Source: Dehalococcoidia bacterium
GTDB lineage: Bacteria > Chloroflexota > Dehalococcoidia > Dehalococcoidales > DAOWJC01
Length of the DNA: 37,492 nt
Assembly: GCA_030640595.1 (NCBI GenBank)
Contig: DAOWJC010000081.1
Span: 1-37,492 of the forward strand
Reading direction: 5' to 3'
Position 1 is the stretch's first letter, and the number at the start of each line of letters is the position of its first letter. Below the pieces are notes generated by a model, which saw nothing but the letters and a program-made list of their open reading frames with translations, was not told where the DNA came from and ran no database searches. This document shows positions 1 through 7,460 of the stretch, piece by piece. A program made the position numbers and the translations under genes.

Positions 1-164
1 ATGGTGGCGGCTAAACGCCTCTAGACAAAATCAGGTAACCTCTCTTTATCACCCAAAACCCATTCCAAAACACCAATCATAGCTACCAACTCGCGGGGAG
101 AGTAGCTGCCTGGGTCTCGCAGCCTTCTCAAATGCTCCTCCTTTAGCCTCTTCACTCCTCCTCT

Positions 165-512
165 TCAATTCCCACTCGACACTAGGGGCTCCCCGGTAGT
201 GTGGCCCCTTTTCTGCCACCTTCTTATACCCGCCACAGATATTTTTGCCTTAGTCTCAGGTGAGGGATGTTTGCCTGTATGAGTGGCAATCTGCCTGGCC
301 CGATACTCAGGGCCTTGCCAGAGCTTCTTTGCAGAAGCAGATAGTTTTGCCCTAGTTTCAGCTGTGGCACGGTACTCAGGATTGTGCCACTCGTTTGCAG
401 TGCTTATCTGGATTGCGATGGCAAAACTTACCTGACCACAGTGTGAGCATCTGGCCGGTGAGGCAGGCGCCTTCCAAGGTTTCTTACATTTGGCACAGAC
501 ACAGATGGACAT
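165..512 (-). CDS. Zinc-ribbon protein with two NUMOD3-like DNA-binding repeats, no nuclease domain visible
   Basis: ORF track 165..545. CxxC...CxxC pair (CAKCKK, CSHCG), then repeats PEYRATAETRAKLSASAKKLW and GKHPSPETKAKISVAGIRRW that resemble the NUMOD3 motif of homing-endonuclease DNA-binding modules. ATG at 512 (GGAG 7 nt upstream) preferred over GTG at 545, which overlaps the upstream gene. Confidence 0.5.
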   Translation of the reverse strand: MSICVCAKCKKPWKAPASPARCSHCGQVSFAIAIQISTANEWHNPEYRATAETRAKLSASAKKLWQGPEYRARQIATHTGKHPSPETKAKISVAGIRRWQKRGHTTGEPLVSSGN

Positions 513-529
513 TTGCCACTCCGATTCAC

Positions 530-739
530 TTATTCTGTCATACACACTACCGTTCTAGAGATACCGGGAATAGCTTTAATCTTAGCCGTGATATCCATGT
601 TTTCTGCTTCGAGTATAGCAATGACATCATAGGGTCCTGTCACAACATCGACTGATTTTACTTCGTCTAACTGTTTAAGAGCAGTAGTAACTTCTTTAGC
701 TTTGCCTGCGGTTGTTTCAATCAGTATAAAGGCTTTCAT
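530..739 (-). CDS. Stand-alone Lrp/AsnC-type ligand-binding (RAM) domain protein, 69 aa
   Basis: MKAFILIET..VKSVDVVTGPYDVIAILEAE.. is typical of the AsnC_trans_reg small-domain family. ATG start. No helix-turn-helix part present. Confidence 0.7.
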   Translation of the reverse strand: MKAFILIETTAGKAKEVTTALKQLDEVKSVDVVTGPYDVIAILEAENMDITAKIKAIPGISRTVVCMTE

Positions 740-878
740 TTTAACTCTTAGCCATTGTTAGCGGCGGGATGCCACTTGCCCGATTTCAGCTGAGGCTGCC
801 CACACGGGAGGGAAAAATCACCTCAGTTTCCCCTGGCAGAGCCCGCCAGCTCTATTATAAGCAGGAAGCATCTCTCCC
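740..878 (-). promoter_or_regulatory. Candidate promoter plus structured 5' leader of the AsnC-like gene
   Basis: On the minus strand, TATAAT (plus 854-859) is followed by nested complementary segments: GGCGGG/CCCGCC (plus 842-847 with 763-768) enclosing CUGAGG/CCUCAG (plus 821-826 with 790-795). An alternative local hairpin AGAGC-UGGCGG-GCUCU competes with the outer helix. No known riboswitch class recognised. Confidence 0.25.
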
Positions 879-1937
879 CTAATCCTCTTTAGCTACCAGC
901 GATTCCATCCAGTTTGGTATGTGCCGACCACGCTGATAACGAAGGGCTACAATAAACAGTGCTACAACCATTATTACTATTATCCCCATACCACCAAAGG
1001 TAACAGCCAATGACCCTATCTCGAGCCCAGTGGTTGCTTTGTCTAGCAGAAAACTTAATAGCTTGAGGATGCTACCCACAGCAAATAAGAGAATTGAGAT
1101 GCCTAAGATGCATCTTAATGATACGCCCCGTACATAGCGAGTAACTAATACTCCAAATCGTACCCCAATGCTAGATGCAACCACCATAATGAAGGCAGCA
1201 AAGATTATAACGTTACCACTCATGGTATGTCGGATAGAACCGTAAGCAGCAGAGAAGACAATCTGGAATAAATCTGTGCCAACTGCCATAAAGGATGGTA
1301 GCCCTACGAGGTAGACTAAAGATGGCACCATAATAAACCCACCACCGACACCGATAAGACCGGCTAGTATACCAATAAAGAAGCCAACAGCTAATATAAT
1401 CCAGAGAGATATAGTCACCCCTGATTTAGCGAAATGTAGCATTGGGGGTATATTAATACCTTGAAGCTTTCGTGATAGAGATGTTGCTCTCATAGCCGGT
1501 GGTAGCTTTTCCTTTTTGGCAAGCATCGCATCAAGTTGTTTCTTTCTTGCGCTGCACTCCAATAATGTAAATAAACCAACTATAAGCAGCGTACATATAG
1601 AAATAGAGAGCACGACCTCATCAGCCAAACCGATATTTCTAGCCCAGTTGAGGAGTCTTACCCCCACCTCCATCCCGCTCATGGCAGCCACCATCAGCAC
1701 TACCCCTAGCTTCATGTCCACATTACCCAACTGCCGGTGTCTTAACACAGCTATAACGGCATTAGCCATTACCCAGGTAAGGCTGGTTCCGACGGCAAAG
1801 TTAGCTGGGAAGCCAAGTATAATCAGTGCTGGTGTCACGATGAAGGCACCGCCAACGCCGGCAAAGCCGCTTAGAATTCCGGCGCCAAGACCGATAAAGA
1901 TAAGGAGGAATATGTTACTATCGATACCCGTAATCAT
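879..1937 (-). CDS. TauE/SafE (DUF81) family anion/sulfite exporter-type permease
   Basis: Two internal halves, each with the G-rich motif (GFAGVGGAFIVTP, GLIGVGGGFIMVP) followed by AVGTS/AVGTD...H..GNV. Start moved to ATG at 1937 (MITGIDSNIF...), because the 5' part of ORF 879..2099 overlaps the upstream gene and is not membrane-like. Confidence 0.8.
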   Translation of the reverse strand: MITGIDSNIFLLIFIGLGAGILSGFAGVGGAFIVTPALIILGFPANFAVGTSLTWVMANAVIAVLRHRQLGNVDMKLGVVLMVAAMSGMEVGVRLLNWARNIGLADEVVLSISICTLLIVGLFTLLECSARKKQLDAMLAKKEKLPPAMRATSLSRKLQGINIPPMLHFAKSGVTISLWIILAVGFFIGILAGLIGVGGGFIMVPSLVYLVGLPSFMAVGTDLFQIVFSAAYGSIRHTMSGNVIIFAAFIMVVASSIGVRFGVLVTRYVRGVSLRCILGISILLFAVGSILKLLSFLLDKATTGLEIGSLAVTFGGMGIIVIMVVALFIVALRYQRGRHIPNWMESLVAKED

Positions 1938-1957
1938 GTTTTGATATCCATCATTAC

Positions 1958-2380
1958 TTAAACATGATATATACCCAGCGCAGATAATACAATCATTAAC
2001 GCGACAAAAAGCGTGACCAGTGCCCATCCATAAGACCGAGGCTTCTTCCAGAGAAATGCTGTAGCTGCACCTAATAGGGCTAGAGAAGCACAAGCACAAC
2101 CTATTACCAGCCCGAGCTGCGTAACTCCGTCCCAGGTGTTTAAATTATGTAGCCAGAAGTGTCCTCCTGGAAATCCTCCACCTATCTGCTGCCACACAGC
2201 TTCAGGGTTGTTACCTCCCCAAATGTTGAAAAAAAGATAGTGTGGGTTCATAAAATTTTTATCCGCAAAGGCTATACCTAACACCGATCCCAACGTGCAG
2301 ATAAAGGCTGCTATGATACACAGCCAATAGATAATCTGTCCATAAACAATTTGTGGCAAGGGAACTTTAGGTTTTTCCAT
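1958..2380 (-). CDS. Small integral membrane protein of unknown function, between two TauE genes
   Basis: 140 aa with about 4 hydrophobic segments. GGAGGT Shine-Dalgarno 6 nt upstream of the ATG. Tight spacing to both TauE neighbours. Family not recognised with confidence. Confidence 0.6.
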   Translation of the reverse strand: MEKPKVPLPQIVYGQIIYWLCIIAAFICTLGSVLGIAFADKNFMNPHYLFFNIWGGNNPEAVWQQIGGGFPGGHFWLHNLNTWDGVTQLGLVIGCACASLALLGAATAFLWKKPRSYGWALVTLFVALMIVLSALGIYHV

Positions 2381-2385
2381 ATGTC

Positions 2386-3540
2386 TTACCTCCTGCCTCC
2401 AAGTGCCGGGAATTTGCCGGTCAGGCCAAGAGTGACTCCTACCATGATGACCAGTAGCACCACTATATAAACTGCCCCAGGAACATCAGCTATGTAGCCT
2501 AAGGTTGTTAAACCCTTTGCTATCAACCCAAAGCTCGAAAAAAGTAATATTCCAATTAATATGAGCCTTATTGAATCGGCCCTTACTCTAATTAATATCT
2601 CTGCTCCTATTATTCCTCCCAAAACCTGTCCGACCAGCCAAGGGGCAGCAAATAATGGGATTACGGCTCCAGCGAGGAGATAAGGCCACACTGATATACA
2701 GTCTCCCATACCGATTAGAATCCCACTACAAGCAGCGGCTACCTTAAGCGGCACCCCCATTATAAGGTTCATTGTGGGGACTATTGCCCATCCTGCTCCT
2801 AAACCAAAGAAACCGGAGATCATGCCAACTCCAACCATAGCCAAAAGTCCTAATCCAGCTCGGGTTATGCGATACTCTGCAACTTTCCCCAGAGAGTTTT
2901 CATAGTAAGGTTGAGGAAGATTGAGCCATTTAGTAAAGCGGTCCACCCGATTTACCTGAGGCCAATCTATTTTCACGCCTCCCCGAAGGAAGTAGAGCGC
3001 AAGTAAGAAGACAATAATCCCGAGGGTTATTCTAACGAATCCTTCACCAGTTACACCTAGTCGGTCACTTACCAATATTGCACCTTGAGCACCTATAAAT
3101 GCACCGGTTCCGTAACCAATGCAAGAATATGTGGAAAGTTTGAGATTGCCCAACCCGCTCTTCATAAATGGTCCTGTCGATATCAGCCCACTGAACATGG
3201 CCACTATAAGACCTGTTCCCCTGACTATTAGACTATTAACCGGTGTGAAAGCCAGCATAAGGGGAGTAAATAGAACTCCGCCTCCAATCCCGGCAAGGAC
3301 GGCTATGGTAGCAATGGCAAAGCTCAGTAGGAAGAACCCAAAAGTTAACAAAGATATATTGTTTAGCGACATGCCCCCGGGGGGTGTTTCCGCCCCTATT
3401 GATATTAGCGTCAGGGCTATATACGACAAAATAACCACTCCACACATTACAATTAGTTCAAGCCATGGGGATTTAAGTAACCTTTTCACGTTTTCCCTCA
3501 CGATGTAAGTGTGTTGTGGTAGCGGTAGCAGGTTTGCCAA
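2386..3540 (-). CDS. TauE/SafE (DUF81) family permease, second copy
   Basis: Motifs LAGIGGGVLFTP and GFFGLGAGWAIVP lie in two halves. The track start at 3540 is TTG, and the first ATG is 30 codons in (about 3450). The 5' end may continue into the fragment at 3473..3703 through a frameshift. Confidence 0.75.
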   Translation of the reverse strand: MANLLPLPQHTYIVRENVKRLLKSPWLELIVMCGVVILSYIALTLISIGAETPPGGMSLNNISLLTFGFFLLSFAIATIAVLAGIGGGVLFTPLMLAFTPVNSLIVRGTGLIVAMFSGLISTGPFMKSGLGNLKLSTYSCIGYGTGAFIGAQGAILVSDRLGVTGEGFVRITLGIIVFLLALYFLRGGVKIDWPQVNRVDRFTKWLNLPQPYYENSLGKVAEYRITRAGLGLLAMVGVGMISGFFGLGAGWAIVPTMNLIMGVPLKVAAACSGILIGMGDCISVWPYLLAGAVIPLFAAPWLVGQVLGGIIGAEILIRVRADSIRLILIGILLFSSFGLIAKGLTTLGYIADVPGAVYIVVLLVIMVGVTLGLTGKFPALGGRR

Positions 3541-3703
3541 TTATGTGAGTAATACCAATACCTGCAGCAGCGTATTTCGAAAAGCCAATGACCACCAGCA
3601 ATGGGGTTACCATATAGCCGCCACCAATAATACCAACCGCCAGACCAAAGAAGAGGAGCAAAAATATATTTATATCAACACCTATTGCCGAAAGTGCAAT
3701 CAT
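3473..3703 (-). pseudogene. TauE-like N-terminal fragment in a different frame from the downstream TauE gene
   Basis: MIALSAIGVDINIFLLLFFGLAVGIIGGGYMVTPLLVVIGF..AAGIGITHIIGK parallels the N-terminus of the TauE at 879..1937. Dropping 1 nt near 3530-3535 would join it to LLPLPQHTYIVRENVK.. (the H...NV motif) of ORF 2386..3540. No Shine-Dalgarno seen upstream. Confidence 0.35.
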
Positions 3704-3743
3704 CTACTATTGTTTCGGTTTCATCTCTATCAAGGTGCTTTGT

Positions 3744-3986
3744 CTAACTAACCTCATAACCCATCAGGTTGGTTATCTTTTCCATCAGTAAACCTAATAC
3801 GGTACCTATCACCAGCATCAATCCCAGGTTATAAGCTGCATTGATATAGGCCTTGTCCGTCCCTGTCCAATTAAGCATCTCCAGATATGTTCCTGTGGCA
3901 TGCCAATGAACTGCATGCCACATCATTAGCCCACAGATAACAGAAAGCACTGTTACCCAGATAGCATCCTTCTTTCTTTTGCTCAT
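3744..3986 (-). CDS. Small membrane protein, unknown function
   Basis: 80 aa with two hydrophobic helices, an ATG start and a weak RBS. Position within the co-directional operon. Confidence 0.5.
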   Translation of the reverse strand: MSKRKKDAIWVTVLSVICGLMMWHAVHWHATGTYLEMLNWTGTDKAYINAAYNLGLMLVIGTVLGLLMEKITNLMGYEVS

Positions 3987-4047
3987 ATTGAGCTTCTTTC
4001 TAGCTACTCAGCCCCGTTCGACAAAGATAAATCGATACATCGCATGA

Positions 4048-4878
4048 TTACATGTAACCTAACTTGCGTAGCCTGTCCATCATCTGTTCCTTATCCTGCC
4101 TTCTTCCGGCTCTTTCAGTGGTATGTTCCAAATCCTGTTCCCAGGCGGGGACATCGGCAACTGCTATGGCGCTGGTAGTCTTGGCACCGAGAGAGCGATA
4201 TCCCTGTTTATAGAGTATACAGTAAGGAATCTTGTTCACCATGATGTTGTCCCAAATGTCCCTCTCGGTGAAGTGCAGGATTGGCTTTATCCTGGTGTGC
4301 CCCGGTATTAGATGAGCTGCCTCTTTGTGTTCAAAGTACTCATCCTGAACTCGTGCCGGCTGTTCGTCGCGGCGCAGTCCCTGGAAAATGCCTTTTATAC
4401 CATGTCTCTCGATAAACTCACTAAACATAACCGTCTTCATCAAGTGGTTACCGACGTAGGATTCGGCTTCAAACGGGAAGGCTTCTTCTTCAAAGCTGAT
4501 GCGCTTAAGCTCAGCTTGGTTACGCTCGTTTAAGTCCTTGACCTTAACTGTGGCATTAAGTTTCCCGCCAGCGGCTTTAATTACGTCGTCATTGCGGCAC
4601 CACTCAATGTCTAAGTTCCATTCTTTTGTGTACTTGTTTATGAAGTCATGGATTTCCTCGAATGAGTCGAATTCGTCAATGGTCATGACCTTGGGTAACT
4701 TGATCTTGTCCTCTTGGCATACTTGGCGGATAATCCATAGGGTGGTGGTACTGTCCTTCCCACCTGTCCAAGTAATAGCCAGCTCATCTAGGGCGAACTG
4801 CTTGAATACTTCGCGGACAACCGCCTTTGATTTCTCAACGAGTTCGGCACACCTCTTTACCTTGTCTTGTTCGGTCAT
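4048..4878 (-). CDS. PP-loop ATP pyrophosphatase of the PAPS-reductase/CysD family (CysD-like C-terminus, no CysH catalytic cysteine)
   Basis: PP-loop TWTGGKDST; GLRRDEQPAR; YRSLGAKTTS where CysH has SIGCxPCT. C-terminal TTERAGRRQDKEQMMDRLRKLGYM resembles the E. coli CysD end (TSERQGR..D.D..SME.KKRQGYF). AAGGAG RBS. Confidence 0.75.
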   Translation of the reverse strand: MTEQDKVKRCAELVEKSKAVVREVFKQFALDELAITWTGGKDSTTTLWIIRQVCQEDKIKLPKVMTIDEFDSFEEIHDFINKYTKEWNLDIEWCRNDDVIKAAGGKLNATVKVKDLNERNQAELKRISFEEEAFPFEAESYVGNHLMKTVMFSEFIERHGIKGIFQGLRRDEQPARVQDEYFEHKEAAHLIPGHTRIKPILHFTERDIWDNIMVNKIPYCILYKQGYRSLGAKTTSAIAVADVPAWEQDLEHTTERAGRRQDKEQMMDRLRKLGYM

Positions 4879-4896
4879 TTTGTTCTCCTTTCAATG

Positions 4897-6108
4897 TTAT
4901 TCTTTTAGCCATCTCCTGACTCTGGGTTTCAATTTGCTTTTTAGCTCCTCAGCTTCAGGCGATGTATTAATTATATTATTTAATTCCTTGGGGTCTTCTT
5001 TGAGGTCATACATCTCCCAGGTGTCAAGGTTTGCCCGGTATATTACTTTTAGGTCTCGTTCGCGGTAGAAGTAGACATCCCGTTCTATATCTCCACCCCG
5101 CTGGCTATGCTGGTCAATAGCCTCGCCAAAACAACCTTTTTCAGGATAACCCCCAATAGGAAGAAGAGAATGTCCCTCAAAACCCTCCACCGGCTTAAGA
5201 CCAAAGAGGTGGACTATAGTTGGTGGTATATCAACATTACTGACCAATGTATCACAAATCTCTCCTTTATCTTGGTTTGGGTCGTAGATAAGAAGTGGCA
5301 TATCTATAAGCTCTGAGTACATCTTGTCATCGTGGGAAAGCCCACCGTGCTCGTTGAACTCATCACCGTGGTCATTGGTTATGATAATTACCGAATCTTT
5401 TAAGATGCCAAGTTTTTCCAGGGTATCAAAGAACTCCTGAACGTAAGTATCTACTTCCCGAACGTGTATGTCATAGAGTTTCTTTAACAGCGCCACTTTT
5501 CCCGGGTCGGAAACATCTCTTTTTAGTAGCACGTTCTGAAACATATCGTACATTTCATCCTGGCTAATAGTGATAGAAGAGCCTACCATATCAACGTATT
5601 TCTTTTCCGGCATATAGGGTTCATGGATATCCATATAATGGAGCCAAAGGAAAAATGGTTTATATTCTCTATCTTTAGTGTGTGATGATAGCCAGTTATT
5701 TGCCTTGGTTTTTATTATATTGCCTCTTATATAGGGTATTCTAGGTTCAACCTCGTCCTCCATGGAATCATAAAAAACATCCCAGCCACGGTCCCAGCCA
5801 AGAAAACCACAAATATATGGGTTTGAATGGAATGCGGCGGTCACAACCCCAGCCTGTTTAAGTGGTTCAGAAATTAAAGTCCTTTGGGGTGAAAGCCCCT
5901 TCGGTTTCCCATATTCAAGGTAGTAAGAGGAGGTGAGTATCGCTGGAAACGACGCTTGTGTGTATGGTCCGCTGGTCTGTCCCTTGGTGAATCTGATACA
6001 TTTATTCTGCAGAGAATCAATAAATGGCGTTAATCCGCTTTTGTTACCATAGCATCCCAGTACATCCTTCCTTAGCGCATCTATTGTCAGCAGAATAACA
6101 TTCTTCAT
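4897..6108 (-). CDS. Sulfatase-domain (alkaline phosphatase superfamily) hydrolase/transferase, soluble, Thr-type active site
   Basis: N-terminal LLTIDALRKDVLGCYGN and NDHGDEFNEHG metal-site motifs. The nucleophile region reads SGPYTQASFPAILTS, not C/S-x-P-x-R. The ATG overlaps the sat stop (ATGA). Confidence 0.75.
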   Translation of the reverse strand: MKNVILLTIDALRKDVLGCYGNKSGLTPFIDSLQNKCIRFTKGQTSGPYTQASFPAILTSSYYLEYGKPKGLSPQRTLISEPLKQAGVVTAAFHSNPYICGFLGWDRGWDVFYDSMEDEVEPRIPYIRGNIIKTKANNWLSSHTKDREYKPFFLWLHYMDIHEPYMPEKKYVDMVGSSITISQDEMYDMFQNVLLKRDVSDPGKVALLKKLYDIHVREVDTYVQEFFDTLEKLGILKDSVIIITNDHGDEFNEHGGLSHDDKMYSELIDMPLLIYDPNQDKGEICDTLVSNVDIPPTIVHLFGLKPVEGFEGHSLLPIGGYPEKGCFGEAIDQHSQRGGDIERDVYFYRERDLKVIYRANLDTWEMYDLKEDPKELNNIINTSPEAEELKSKLKPRVRRWLKE

Positions 6109-7283
6109 CTTGAACTCCCAATTTTACCTTGATAATACTTAACCAGGATGTCCATTACTTCTTTTCTACTGAACTGCTCCGGTGGTCTCTCCCCTTTGGT
6201 GAGCATCTCACGAAGTTTTGTTCCACTAATCAGTAGGTGGTCTTCATCACCATGAGGACACGTCTTAGGAGAAGCCATCGAACCACACTTCTGGCACCAG
6301 AAAGTCGAGTCCAACTTCAAAGGCTGTATGTGTAAATCCCCAGGACTCAACTCATCAAAGATCTTCTGGGCATCAAAAGGACCGTAGTAGCTACCGACAC
6401 CGGCATGGTCTCGACCTACAATTAGATGACTGCAGCCGAAATTCTGGCGAATGATAGCATGCAGTATCGCCTCTCTTGGCCCACCATACCGCATCTCCAT
6501 AGGATACACCTTCAATATCACCCTATCCTGAGGATAATAGTTATCTAGAAGTACTTTATAGCATTCCATTCGCACCTCGGCGGGAATATCACCAGCCTTT
6601 AGCTTGCCCACAATAGGATGGATGAGAAGACCATCGCAGACCTCCAGGGCAATCTTTGTCAGATACTCATGAGAGCGATGCAGGGGATTCCGAGTCTGAA
6701 AGGCGGCAATGGTTGTCCAACCTTTATCAGTAAATATTGCCCTTGTTTCTGCGGGTCGGGCAAACTCAGGGAATCTCTCTGGGTAACCACCTTCACTAAA
6801 GACTTTTACCGGACCACCCAGGTAAACCTCACCCTGCTCATATATTTTCTTGACACCTGGGTGCTGCTCGTCATCTGTGCCAAAGACTTTAAGGATTTCT
6901 ACCCTCTTATCATAGGTGTATTTCTCTTGGACGAGCATACTGGCCATAATCTCATCGCTGTCTAAATTGAGCAGTGCAATCCTCTGTCCTTCCTTAATCT
7001 TACCCGCCTCTTCTTTGGAGACGGAAAGGGTAATGGGAATAGGCCAGAGTAAACCACTTTTTAGACGCATCTCGGCGACAACGCTCTGGTAGTCTTCCTT
7101 CCCCATAAAGCCCTGGAGAGGACTGAAAGCCCCCATGGCTAGCATAATCAGGTCAGACACCTCCCTCGAGTTCAGTCTGACTTTAAGTAGTGCCTCAGCC
7201 TCTTTGATACCATTCTCCCATTGGCTGCCACTGGCTAGCAGTGGAAGTAGTTTGCCTCCGTGAGGTGGAACTAAATTAGACAT
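6105..7283 (-). CDS. sat: Sulfate adenylyltransferase (ATP sulfurylase)
   Basis: QTRNPLHRSHEYL and GRDHAGVG signature motifs. C-terminal zinc-type CQKCGSMASPKTCPHGDEDH. ATG at 7283 with GAGGAA upstream; the track TTG at 7286 is one codon earlier. Confidence 0.95.
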   Translation of the reverse strand: MSNLVPPHGGKLLPLLASGSQWENGIKEAEALLKVRLNSREVSDLIMLAMGAFSPLQGFMGKEDYQSVVAEMRLKSGLLWPIPITLSVSKEEAGKIKEGQRIALLNLDSDEIMASMLVQEKYTYDKRVEILKVFGTDDEQHPGVKKIYEQGEVYLGGPVKVFSEGGYPERFPEFARPAETRAIFTDKGWTTIAAFQTRNPLHRSHEYLTKIALEVCDGLLIHPIVGKLKAGDIPAEVRMECYKVLLDNYYPQDRVILKVYPMEMRYGGPREAILHAIIRQNFGCSHLIVGRDHAGVGSYYGPFDAQKIFDELSPGDLHIQPLKLDSTFWCQKCGSMASPKTCPHGDEDHLLISGTKLREMLTKGERPPEQFSRKEVMDILVKYYQGKIGSSR

Positions 7284-7460
7284 CAATATTCCTCACTCCT
7301 TATGTAGCACAACTCAATAACCTAGGTGAGCCTCGATCCTCTAGAGCTCACCCTTTGAGGTAGGTGGCTTCTCAACTCTAGGCTTGCCTCTGGTGTGCCT
7401 GGTGCAGGCTGTCTCTCTATCGGCTGAGGCAATCTGGGCAATATCATAATAAGCCAGCTT

